Assembly: GCA_965243135.1 (NCBI GenBank)
Contig: OZ251539.1
Location: 4,352,001-4,416,000, forward strand
Length of the DNA: 64,000 bases
Direction: 5' to 3'
Source of the DNA: Alphaproteobacteria bacterium
GTDB taxonomy: Bacteria; Pseudomonadota; Alphaproteobacteria; MPNO01; UBA830
Position 1 is the stretch's first letter. The number at the start of each line of letters is the position of its first letter. Below the pieces are notes generated by a model that did no database searches, had not been told where the DNA came from, and saw only the letters and a program-made list of their open reading frames with translations. Of this stretch, positions 7,495 through 16,445 are shown piece after piece. The translations under genes and the position numbers were made by a program.

Positions 7495-10386
7495 ATGATG
7501 CTTAGGAAAAAAACCAATGGGGTTGCGGGACGCCCCCATCGGGCTTCGCACCGCGTTTCGGAGAAATCCGTCGACCGGCGGACCTTCCTCCGCGGCTCGG
7601 GCCTCGCCATCGGCGGGCTGGCCGCGGTCGGCGCCACCGGCGGCATGGTGACCCAGGCGAAGGCGGCGAAGGCCGTTCAGGGCGCGGTGAAGACCGTCAA
7701 GTCGGTCTGCACCCACTGCTCGGTCGGCTGCTCCGTGATCGCCGAAGTCAGCAACGGCGTCTGGGTCGGGCAGGAGCCCGGCTGGGACAGCCCCTTCAAC
7801 CTCGGCGCCCATTGCGCCAAGGGCGCGGCCGTGCGCGAGCACGCCCACGGCGAACGCCGCCTCAAGTACCCGATGAAGAAGGAAGGCGGCGAGTGGAAGC
7901 GGATCAGCTGGGATCAGGCGATCGACGAGATCGGCGACGGCATGATGAAGATCCGCAAGGAGAGCGGCCCCGACAGCGTCTACTGGCTCGGCTCCGCCAA
8001 GTACAGCAACGAGCAGGCCTACCTGTTCCGCAAGTTCGCCGCCTACTGGGGCACGAACAACGTGGACCATCAGGCGCGCATCTGCCACTCGACCACCGTT
8101 GCGGGCGTCGCGAACACATGGGGCTACGGCGCCATGACCAACTCGTACAACGACATCCACAACTCCCGCGCGATCTTCCTCATCGGCGGCAACCCCGCCG
8201 AGGCGCATCCGGTCTCGCTTCTGCACGTGCTGAAGGCGAAGGAGCAGAACAACGCGCCGCTGATCGTCTGCGACCCGCGCTTCACGCGGACCGCCGCGCA
8301 CGCCGACGAGTACGTGCGGTTCCGTCCGGGCTCGGACGTGGCGCTGATCTGGGGAATTCTCTGGCACATCTTCGAGAACGGGTGGGAGGACAAGGAGTTC
8401 ATCCGCACCCGCGTCTGGGGGATGGACCAGATCCGCACCGAGGTGGCCAAGTGGACTCCCGACGAGGTGGAGCGGGTGACCGGCACTCCCGGCTCGCAGC
8501 TTCGCCGCGTGGCGCGCACCCTCGCGAACAACCGTCCCGGCACCGTGATCTGGTGCATGGGCGGCACCCAGCACACCAACGGCAACAACAACACGCGGGC
8601 CTACTGCGTGCTGCAGCTGGCGCTGGGCAACATGGGCACGTCGGGCGGCGGCACCAACATCTTCCGCGGCCACGACAACGTCCAGGGCGCGACCGACCTC
8701 GGCGTCCTGTCGCACACCCTGCCGGGCTATTACGGCCTCTCGGGCGGCGCCTGGGCCCATTGGGCGCGGGTGTGGGGCGAGGACCTGGGCTGGCTCAAGG
8801 GACAGTTCGCCAAGCTCAAGACCGGCGACGGCAAGGAAAAGGCCCTGATGAATCTGAGGGGCATTCCGGTGTCCCGCTGGATCGACGGCGTCCTCGAGAA
8901 CAAGGACAACATGGACCAGCCGGACAACCTGCGGGCCATGGTTCTGTGGGGGCACGCGCCGAACTCGCAGACGCGCCTCAAGGAAATGAAGACCGCGATG
9001 GAGAAGCTGGACATGCTGGTCGTGATCGACCCGTATCCCACCGTCTCCGCCGTGCTTCACGACCGGACCGACGGCGTCTACCTGCTGCCGGCCTCGACCC
9101 AGTTCGAGACTTACGGCTCGGTCACCGCGTCGAACCGCTCGATCCAGTGGCGCGACAGGGTCGTCGAACCGTTGTTCGAGAGCCTGCCGGACCAGGTCAT
9201 CATGGCCAAGTTCGCCAAAAAGTTCGGATGGGCCGACCGCTTCTTCCGCAACATCAAGATGGAAGCGCCCGACACGCCGAACGTGGAAGACATCACCCGC
9301 GAGATCAACGCGGGCATGTGGACCATCGGCTACACCGGCCAGTCTCCGGAGCGGATCAAGCTGCACATGGCCAACCAGCACACGTTCGACAAGACGACGC
9401 TGCAGGCGGTGGGCGGCCCGGCCGACGGCGACTATTACGGGATGCCCTGGCCTTCGTGGGGTCCGCCGGAAATGGGTCACCCCGGCACGCCGAACCTCTA
9501 CGACATGTCCAAGCCCGTGGCGGAGGGCGGCCTGACCTTCCGCGCCAGATTCGGCGTGGAGCGCGACGGCCAGAACCTGCTGGCGGAAGGCGTCTACTCG
9601 GCCGGCTCGGAAATCCAGGACGGATATCCCGAGTTCACCATGCAGATGCTGATGGACCTCGGCTGGGACAAGGACCTGACGGACAAGGAACGGGCGGCGA
9701 TCGACGCCGTGGCCGGACCCAAGACCAACTGGAAGACCGACCTCTCGGGCGGCATCCAGCGGGTCGCGATCAAGCACGGCTGCGCGCCCTTCGGCAACGC
9801 CAAGGCGCGGGCGGTGGTGTGGACGTTCCCGGATCCGGTGCCGCTGCACCGCGAGCCGCTCTACGCGCCCAATCGCGATCTGGTCAAGGACTATCCGACC
9901 TATTCGGACCGGAAGCTCTACCGTCTGCCCACTCTCTACGCCTCGATCCAGAAGAAGGACTTCTCGAAGGATTATCCGATGATCCTGACGTCCGGACGCC
10001 TGGTCGAGTACGAGGGCGGCGGGGACGAATCCCGCTCGAACCCGTGGCTCGCCGAACTTCAGCAAGACATGTTCGTCGAGATCAATCCGCGCGACGCCAA
10101 CGATCTCGGCGTCCGCAACGGTTCGCAGGTCTGGGTCGAAGGCGCGGAGGGCGCCAAGGTCAAGGTCATGGCCATGGTCACCGAACGCGTCGGCGCCGGA
10201 GTCGCTTTCATGCCCTTCCATTTCGGCGGGCATTTCGAGGGCAAGGACCTGAGGGACAAGTACCCCGAGGGAGCCGATCCCTACGTGTTGGGCGAGAGTT
10301 CCAATACCGCCCAGACTTACGGCTACGACTCGGTCACCCTGATGCAGGAGACGAAGACGACTCTCTGCAAGATCTACACGGCCTAG
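7495..10386 (+). CDS. fdhA: Formate dehydrogenase alpha subunit (Mo/W-bisPGD, Tat-exported)
   Basis: DRRTFLR Tat signal, CTHCSVGC...HCAKG 4Fe-4S motif, HQARICHS active-site Cys-His, RGHDNVQG. Confidence 0.96.
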   Translation: MMLRKKTNGVAGRPHRASHRVSEKSVDRRTFLRGSGLAIGGLAAVGATGGMVTQAKAAKAVQGAVKTVKSVCTHCSVGCSVIAEVSNGVWVGQEPGWDSPFNLGAHCAKGAAVREHAHGERRLKYPMKKEGGEWKRISWDQAIDEIGDGMMKIRKESGPDSVYWLGSAKYSNEQAYLFRKFAAYWGTNNVDHQARICHSTTVAGVANTWGYGAMTNSYNDIHNSRAIFLIGGNPAEAHPVSLLHVLKAKEQNNAPLIVCDPRFTRTAAHADEYVRFRPGSDVALIWGILWHIFENGWEDKEFIRTRVWGMDQIRTEVAKWTPDEVERVTGTPGSQLRRVARTLANNRPGTVIWCMGGTQHTNGNNNTRAYCVLQLALGNMGTSGGGTNIFRGHDNVQGATDLGVLSHTLPGYYGLSGGAWAHWARVWGEDLGWLKGQFAKLKTGDGKEKALMNLRGIPVSRWIDGVLENKDNMDQPDNLRAMVLWGHAPNSQTRLKEMKTAMEKLDMLVVIDPYPTVSAVLHDRTDGVYLLPASTQFETYGSVTASNRSIQWRDRVVEPLFESLPDQVIMAKFAKKFGWADRFFRNIKMEAPDTPNVEDITREINAGMWTIGYTGQSPERIKLHMANQHTFDKTTLQAVGGPADGDYYGMPWPSWGPPEMGHPGTPNLYDMSKPVAEGGLTFRARFGVERDGQNLLAEGVYSAGSEIQDGYPEFTMQMLMDLGWDKDLTDKERAAIDAVAGPKTNWKTDLSGGIQRVAIKHGCAPFGNAKARAVVWTFPDPVPLHREPLYAPNRDLVKDYPTYSDRKLYRLPTLYASIQKKDFSKDYPMILTSGRLVEYEGGGDESRSNPWLAELQQDMFVEINPRDANDLGVRNGSQVWVEGAEGAKVKVMAMVTERVGAGVAFMPFHFGGHFEGKDLRDKYPEGADPYVLGESSNTAQTYGYDSVTLMQETKTTLCKIYTA

Positions 10387-10399
10387 GGAGGAAACGGAG

Positions 10400-10993
10400 A
10401 TGGCGAGAGCTAAGTTTCTCTGCGACGCCGAGCGCTGCATCGAGTGCAACGCCTGCGTCACCGCCTGCAAGAACGAGCACGAAGTGCCGTGGGGCATCAA
10501 CCGGCGGAGGGTCGTGACGATCAACGACGGCTCGCCCGGCGAGCGCTCGATCTCGGTCGCGTGCATGCACTGTTCGGACGCGCCCTGCATGGCCGTCTGC
10601 CCGGTGGACTGCTTCTACCAGACCGACGACGGCGTGGTCCTGCACTCCAAGGACCTCTGCATCGGCTGCGGCTATTGCTTCTACGCGTGCCCCTTCGGCG
10701 CGCCGCAATTCCCGCAGGCGGGCAACTTCGGATCGCGCGGCAAGATGGACAAGTGCACCTTCTGCGCCGGCGGCCCGGAGGAGACGCACTCCACCGCCGA
10801 GTTCGCCAAGTACGGGCGCAACCGGATCGCGGAAGGCAAGCTGCCGATCTGCGCCGAGATGTGCTCGACGAAGGCGCTGCTGGCGGGCGACGGCGACGTC
10901 GTCGCGGGCATCTATCGCGAGCGCGTCGTGGCCCGCGGCTTCGGTTCGGGAGCCTGGGGCTGGGGCACGGCCTACGACCAGAAGGGCGGTTGA
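10400..10993 (+). CDS. fdhB: Formate dehydrogenase iron-sulfur (beta) subunit
   Basis: CIECNAC..C, CMHC...C...CP, CIGCGYC...CP, KCTFC...C...C motifs. Confidence 0.95.
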   Translation: MARAKFLCDAERCIECNACVTACKNEHEVPWGINRRRVVTINDGSPGERSISVACMHCSDAPCMAVCPVDCFYQTDDGVVLHSKDLCIGCGYCFYACPFGAPQFPQAGNFGSRGKMDKCTFCAGGPEETHSTAEFAKYGRNRIAEGKLPICAEMCSTKALLAGDGDVVAGIYRERVVARGFGSGAWGWGTAYDQKGG

Positions 10994-11000
10994 GCCTTTC

Positions 11001-11032
11001 GGGCAGGGGGAAACGTCCCCCTGCCCTTTTTT
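11001..11032 (+). terminator. Intrinsic terminator-like hairpin between fdhB and fdhC
   Basis: GGGCAGGGGGA-AACG-TCCCCCTGCCC (11-bp stem) followed by TTTTTT. Confidence 0.75.
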
Positions 11033-11066
11033 CCCGCGATGCCGGTCGATCCCGAGAGGACTTCCG

Positions 11067-12266
11067 ATGAAGATCTTGCGTGCGCTTCTGATTCTGGCGC
11101 TGTCCTTGTCGTGGCCCGGTTTCGCCGCGGCGCAGGAGAGCGGCGAACGCGCCGCGACGGGCGGCGCGCAAACTCTCGAAGACATCCTCGCCCGCCAGCG
11201 CGGCGAGCAAATCGACGACGCCTTTCGCCGGAACGCCACCGGCGACCCCGATTCCGCCGCCGGAATCGCGGCGCAGCTCGGCACGCTGGGCGGCGCCTCT
11301 GACGCCGACGTATTCCGCGCGCTGCGCTACGGCAGCGCGGACGTCGCGGTCTCGGCGCGAGGCCCGGCCGCCTCGGTCGTGATCCAGGACGGCGGCATGC
11401 GCTGGCTGAAGTGGCGGGACGGACCGCTTCGCGACTACGGCGGATACCTCCTGCTGGCGACGATCGCGGCGCTGGCGCTGTTTTTCGGACTGCGCGGACG
11501 CATCCGCGTCGAAGGCCAAAAGACGGGCCAGACCATCCTGCGCTTCAACGCGCTCGAACGCTTCGGCCACTGGCTGCTGGCCGGCTCCTTCATCCTGCTC
11601 GGGATCACCGGGCTGATCACCCTGTTCGGAAGGGTCGCGCTGATCCCGCTGTTCGGCAAGGACGGCTTCGCGGTCGTGGCGCTGGCCTCCAAATGGGTGC
11701 ACAACAACGTCGCATGGGCCTTCATGCTGGCGCTGGTCTGGGTTTTCGCGACATGGATCGCGCACAACTTCCCGACCCGCGCCGATCTGGTCTGGCTCGC
11801 CCGCGGCGGCGGGCTGTTTTCCAGGCACAGCCATCCTCCCGCGCGGAAATTCAACGCGGGGCAGAAGATCGTCTTCTGGGCCGTCATTCTGCTCGGGATC
11901 TCGATCTCCGCTTCGGGGCTGTCGCTGCTGTTCCCGTTCGAACTGCCGATGTTCGCGAAGACCTTCGAAATTCTGAACGCGCTCGGCCTGCCGCAGGCAT
12001 TCGGCTTCGGCGAACTGCGCACGGCGCTGCAGCCTCACGAAGAAATGCAGTACGCCCAGCTTTGGCATTCCATCGTCGCCTTCGTCTTCATGGCGATCAT
12101 CCTCGCTCACATCTACATCGGCTCGGTCGGAATGGAGGGCTCGTTCGACGCGATGGAATCGGGCGAGGTCGAAAAGCAGTGGGCGAAGGAGCACCACTCG
12201 ATCTGGTACGAAGAGGCGACCGGAGAAGCGCCGGCCGATCACGCCCCGCGCGCGCCGGCGGAGTGA
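11067..12266 (+). CDS. fdhC: Formate dehydrogenase gamma subunit (cytochrome b) with periplasmic N-terminal extension
   Basis: RFNALERFGHW, KWVHN, KFNAGQK, LWHSIVA..LAHIYIG..GMEG..WAKEHH haem b histidines; signal peptide. Confidence 0.93.
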   Translation: MKILRALLILALSLSWPGFAAAQESGERAATGGAQTLEDILARQRGEQIDDAFRRNATGDPDSAAGIAAQLGTLGGASDADVFRALRYGSADVAVSARGPAASVVIQDGGMRWLKWRDGPLRDYGGYLLLATIAALALFFGLRGRIRVEGQKTGQTILRFNALERFGHWLLAGSFILLGITGLITLFGRVALIPLFGKDGFAVVALASKWVHNNVAWAFMLALVWVFATWIAHNFPTRADLVWLARGGGLFSRHSHPPARKFNAGQKIVFWAVILLGISISASGLSLLFPFELPMFAKTFEILNALGLPQAFGFGELRTALQPHEEMQYAQLWHSIVAFVFMAIILAHIYIGSVGMEGSFDAMESGEVEKQWAKEHHSIWYEEATGEAPADHAPRAPAE

Positions 12267-12267
12267 G

Positions 12268-13566
12268 ATGACGCGGCGCCTGGCGTCCGTCGCGGCCCTG
12301 CTTCTGTTCCCCTCTCTCGCCGCCGCGGACGGTTTCTTCACGCTCGAGGGCCATGGCGGCCCGGTTCGGGGAATCGACGTTTCCGGCGACCGCATTCTGA
12401 CGGCGAGTTTCGACAACTCGGCCGGGCTCTGGCGAAACGGAGCGCCGGTCTGGCTCGAAGCGCATCGAGCCGCGGTCAACGCCGTTCGCTTCGTGGACGA
12501 CGACCGCGCGGTCACCGGGGGAGACGATTTCGACATCCATCTCTGGAATCTTTCCGACGGAACGGCGCGGCGCCTCGGAAGCCATCAGAACCGCGTGGTC
12601 GCGCTCGCCGTCTCGCCCGACGGGCGGACGGTCGCGTCGGCGGGATGGGACGGCGCGATCGGGTTGTGGACTCTCGACGGCCGCCCGGGCCGGCTGCTGA
12701 GAGGGCACGGCTCGAGCGTGAACGACGTCGCCTTTTCCTCGGACGGCAGCCGCCTCTATTCCGCGTCGGCTGACGGGACGATCCGGTTTTGGGATCCATC
12801 CAGCGGCGCGGAAACGCGCGTCCTCGTGAAAGGAGGATTGGGGATCAACGCGATCGTCCCGAACGACGAGGGAGGCTGGCTGGCTTACGGATCCACCGAC
12901 GGCGCCGTTCGCGTCGTGGCGCTTTCGAGCGGCCGGAGAATCGCGGGTTTCGCCCCCTCGCGGCGGCCCGTTCTCGCTCTGGCGGCCGACGCCGGGTTCG
13001 GCGCTCTGGCGGCGGGGGACGGCGACGGCTTCGTCAAGATCATCGACTGCGCGAACTGGTCGGTCATCCGCAGTTTCCGGGCGGCGGCGCGTGGACCGGT
13101 CTGGGCGCTGCGGTTTTCCGCGGACGGAAAGAACATCCACGCCGGCGGGCTGGACGACGCCATGTACAGCTGGCCGACGGCGACTCTCGGCGAGCACCGG
13201 CGGATGACCGTGGCCACGCGGTCGTTTCTGCGCGACCCCGCGAGCATGAGCAACGGCGAGCGGCAGTTTCAGCGCAAGTGTTCCGTCTGCCACGAGCTGA
13301 GCGCCGACGGGCGCCGGCGGGCGGGCCCGACCCTGCTCGGGCTTTTCGGCCGGCCGGCCGGCAGTCTGGCGGACTACCGCTATTCCCGGACGCTCCGCGA
13401 TTCCTCCATCGTCTGGAACGACGACACCATCAACGCGCTGTTCGATCTCGGTCCCGACCGCTATATTCCCGGCTCCAAGATGCCGATGCAGCGGATCGTG
13501 GATCCCGCGGACAGGGACGACCTGATTTCGTTCCTGAGGCGCGCAACGACAGGAGATGACCGATGA
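12268..13566 (+). CDS. Exported WD40-repeat protein with C-terminal cytochrome c
   Basis: Signal peptide; repeated GH...W-x/WD units (LTASFDNSAGLW, SAGWDGAIGLW, SASADGTIRFWD); CSVCH...GPTL...PGSKM class I cytochrome c. Confidence 0.9.
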   Translation: MTRRLASVAALLLFPSLAAADGFFTLEGHGGPVRGIDVSGDRILTASFDNSAGLWRNGAPVWLEAHRAAVNAVRFVDDDRAVTGGDDFDIHLWNLSDGTARRLGSHQNRVVALAVSPDGRTVASAGWDGAIGLWTLDGRPGRLLRGHGSSVNDVAFSSDGSRLYSASADGTIRFWDPSSGAETRVLVKGGLGINAIVPNDEGGWLAYGSTDGAVRVVALSSGRRIAGFAPSRRPVLALAADAGFGALAAGDGDGFVKIIDCANWSVIRSFRAAARGPVWALRFSADGKNIHAGGLDDAMYSWPTATLGEHRRMTVATRSFLRDPASMSNGERQFQRKCSVCHELSADGRRRAGPTLLGLFGRPAGSLADYRYSRTLRDSSIVWNDDTINALFDLGPDRYIPGSKMPMQRIVDPADRDDLISFLRRATTGDDR

Positions 13567-13688
13567 AGACCATGCTGCTCGCCTTCCTCGCCATGTTCGT
13601 GATCGCCGTGGTCGCCGACGTCGCATTCGACCTGATCGGCTTCTCGACTCAGGACGCAACGTCGGGAGCGGCGGTGCGGACTCGCTGA
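13563..13688 (+). CDS. 41-aa single-TM micro-protein (absent from the ORF track)
   Basis: MKTMLLAFLAMFVIAVVADVAFDLIGFSTQDATSGAAVRTR; AGGAG RBS; ATGA overlap with the WD40-cyt c stop. Confidence 0.65.
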   Translation: MKTMLLAFLAMFVIAVVADVAFDLIGFSTQDATSGAAVRTR

Positions 13689-13921
13689 CGAACGGCGCGA
13701 CGGTTTCTCTTGCGCGCGCCCTGTCGCCTGAACGAACGTGGACAGCAGACAAGATTTGCGCTTGTCGCGAGCGGCCAATGGCAACGTGAGCCAAGGCCAG
13801 ACACCTCGAAAATTTCGGCTTGCGGACGATCGGGGGCGGAAGACGGCGAGAAGCGTCGCGATCCCGCAAAACCCGGCTGCCGAAGCCTGAGGCAACGTGA
13901 AATGCAGCGGGACACGAAACG

Positions 13922-14167
13922 ATGACTGGACTGAAGAAGAAAATTGCCGCCTACGAAACCATGCGCAGCGACCTCGAGGCAGAGCACCTTGGCGAATGGG
14001 CTGTCGTACACGACGAAAAACTTGTCGGAACCTATGAATCTCTCCAGTCAGCGGCGGAAACAGCCGTGGAACGGTTTGGCAGGGGGCCATACCTGATCAG
14101 ACGCATCGGCGCGGCTCCGCTGACGTTGCCGCCCTCCGTTCCGTATCGACCGTCGGTCGATGTTTGA
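13922..14167 (+). CDS. DUF5678-like small protein
   Basis: AYETMRSDLEAEHLGEWAVVHDEKLVGTY...AVERFGRGPYLIRRIG pattern. Confidence 0.7.
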   Translation: MTGLKKKIAAYETMRSDLEAEHLGEWAVVHDEKLVGTYESLQSAAETAVERFGRGPYLIRRIGAAPLTLPPSVPYRPSVDV

Positions 14168-14235
14168 TTGCGGGTTCGCCGACAAGCCGGAGGCTCCTGG
14201 CAGGTATACTTCACTCGCAACCTGCAGGAAGAAGC

Positions 14236-15051
14236 ATGAAGACTCCAAAGCTCCTGAGCCCCGCACCGGTGACCGAGGTGCACTTGCCCCGGGCACCCCT
14301 TGCCCGGGTCATCGCCGAGGTACGGTTTCCTCCTATCCATGCAATCCGCAGCCCGGACGGAGCGGACAGATTCCAGAAAGCGCTTCGCGATCCCTATCTG
14401 AACCAGATTTCGCGGACCGAACTCGAGGCGGAGCAAACCCCGAACAGTCGCGAGGAGCGCGTCTGGCGCCTTGCCGATCAGGAACGCGCCTCTCCGTGGC
14501 GGGTCTCTCTGGGGGTGGAGTTCGTCGCCCTTGAAACCTCCAGCTACGAAAACCACCAGCATTTTCTCGATCGCCTGCATGCCGTTGTCGGTGCGGTCGA
14601 AGAGAGTTTCGGACCGGCGAATGTCCAGCGTCTTGGGCTGAGATACGTCGCCCGGATGACCGGTGACGCAGTGGAGCGTATCCACGATCTGCTTCAACCC
14701 GAGGTTCTCGGCATAGCGCACGCTGGAGAGACTAGCGGAAACGGAGCTTCCGGTCTCGGAAATTCAGCGCATCATCTGATGACCGAAGCTCGATTCCTCG
14801 TAGAGAACGGACATCGCGTTCTGGGGCGCTGGGGCCGGCTGCGCGATAATGCGACCTACGACCCCGAGGTGCTTGAACCCCTCGAAATTCCAAGCTGGGT
14901 GCTCGACCTGAGCATGTTCACATCCGAGGCGTTTCCCTTTTCTGGCGCGCACACGTCGACGAAAGCGCGCGAATTCGCCGATTCTCTCTATTGGCTTTTT
15001 CGCCAGATGGTTACGGATGAATTCCTGAAATTCTACGGAGGGAACCCATGA
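14236..15051 (+). CDS. TIGR04255-like protein of unknown function
   Basis: LPRAPLARVIAEVRFP...ALETSSY...RLGLRYV...WVLDL...FRQMVTDEFLKFY pattern. Confidence 0.8.
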   Translation: MKTPKLLSPAPVTEVHLPRAPLARVIAEVRFPPIHAIRSPDGADRFQKALRDPYLNQISRTELEAEQTPNSREERVWRLADQERASPWRVSLGVEFVALETSSYENHQHFLDRLHAVVGAVEESFGPANVQRLGLRYVARMTGDAVERIHDLLQPEVLGIAHAGETSGNGASGLGNSAHHLMTEARFLVENGHRVLGRWGRLRDNATYDPEVLEPLEIPSWVLDLSMFTSEAFPFSGAHTSTKAREFADSLYWLFRQMVTDEFLKFYGGNP

Positions 15052-15782
15052 CCGCGCAGATTATGTACGACAATCTGCAGACTTCCGCGTACGGCCCCAT
15101 GCACAGTGCCGAAGCCGATCTCAAGGTCGCCCCTCTCCGGTTGGTGTCGGAGACGAGCAGCGGTTACGAAATTTCGCGAGCGGTGGAACGAACAAGCGCC
15201 GATCCGGTCGAACAGATCGAAATCACGGCCCCCATTTCGCAAATCGTTCTGGAGATCAGACGCCGCTCCGGACTGACGTGGGACGAGCTCGGCGGTCTGT
15301 TCGGCGTCTCCCGCCGGAGCGTCCATTATTGGGCGAACGGCAAGCCTGTATCCGCCGACCGCGAGCTGATGCTTCACCGATGCCTTGCCGTCGTCCGGCA
15401 TCTCGACCCCGGCGAACAAAACATCACGCGTTCCCGATTATTCGCTGTAGAGAGCGCTGCAACCTCTTCGATTTTCGATCTGTTGAAAAACGGTTTTTTC
15501 GCGGAAGCAACGACGCGCGCGGAGGACGCTTCGCTATCTGAACGTCGCCCTCTCTCGAAACCACGGCGACCTCCCGCTCCGCGATTCCTCCTTGAGGCCG
15601 AACAGGAACGACCGGACTTTCCGTCGAAAGGCCGTATCGCGCGGGCGATCCGGATCTCCGAAACGGCAGAGCCCTTGATCGACGTCGAAGGCCGACAGCA
15701 GCGCATCGTCCGCGACCATGCGCGCCAGGGTCGCGACAGAAAGTCGACGAGGAAGGTCGGCGTCCCGGTCTCGAACCAGTAG
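15048..15782 (+). CDS. XRE-type HTH protein; last ~35 aa read through antisense pseudogene DNA
   Basis: EIRRRSGLTWDELGGLFGVSRRSVHYWANG HTH; ATGA coupling to the TIGR04255-like gene. Confidence 0.75.
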   Translation: MTAQIMYDNLQTSAYGPMHSAEADLKVAPLRLVSETSSGYEISRAVERTSADPVEQIEITAPISQIVLEIRRRSGLTWDELGGLFGVSRRSVHYWANGKPVSADRELMLHRCLAVVRHLDPGEQNITRSRLFAVESAATSSIFDLLKNGFFAEATTRAEDASLSERRPLSKPRRPPAPRFLLEAEQERPDFPSKGRIARAIRISETAEPLIDVEGRQQRIVRDHARQGRDRKSTRKVGVPVSNQ

Positions 15783-16050
15783 TTGTCGAACAGCAACAGG
15801 ATGTCGAACGGACCCTCTCCGGACCGAACCAGCCGTAGCCGTCAGCGCCGGATCTCCTCGCGGTCCAAGCCCTTGAGTTCCGGGGCGAAGACCTTTCCAA
15901 GTCATTGTCCGCGTAGCCGCAGACGTCGCCATAGCGCTCGTCCGGCGCGATGCAGCGCAGGTTGTTCCGGCCCGAGAAGAGGTCAACCTTCGAGAACCTG
16001 CTCTCCCCTGTCAGGAAAACGAAACGGAGATGTCTGTCGCAGTCCGTCTG
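15675..16050 (-). pseudogene. Internal remnant of an AAA-ATPase-like / PD-(D/E)XK nuclease gene
   Basis: Reading across frames: DCDRHLRFVFLTGESRFSKVDLFSGRNNL..YGDVCGY / VFAPELKGLDREEIRR* / NYWFETGTPTFL / LLSAFDVD, with frameshifts and a stop. Confidence 0.8.
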
Positions 16051-16445
16051 GAACAGCGTCGGCTGATCCCAAGCGCTCCCGAAAGTTCGGCACCCTCGAT
16101 CGATCTCGCATCAGGGGGGGCCATCCCAGTTTTTTTGCCGGACGGCGGCGTGACCGGCGCGGAGAGGCGGGCGGTGACGTCCGTTGGTTAACGCGCTTCG
16201 CGAAACCGGTGGACGCCGCCACGCTTGGCTCAACCTGTCGGCACTAAAACTGCCGCGAGCCGGAGAGACCTGCGCGCGTCGCCCGCCGAGACGCACCGCA
16301 GACGCCGAAACGGCGGGAAATGCGAGGAGCCTTCCAGACGGTCGCGGCGCGACGGGACCGTCCCGCTTCCCGACCGGAAAATCTTGACTTCCGGCTTGGA
16401 CAGTTGTTTGAATCGGTCGATAAATTCAAGGCTTGGGAGAAAATC

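Noticed and set aside
8070-8100. Selenocysteine in FdhA
   Set aside because: The active-site codon is TGC (ARICHS) and the ORF has no in-frame TGA.
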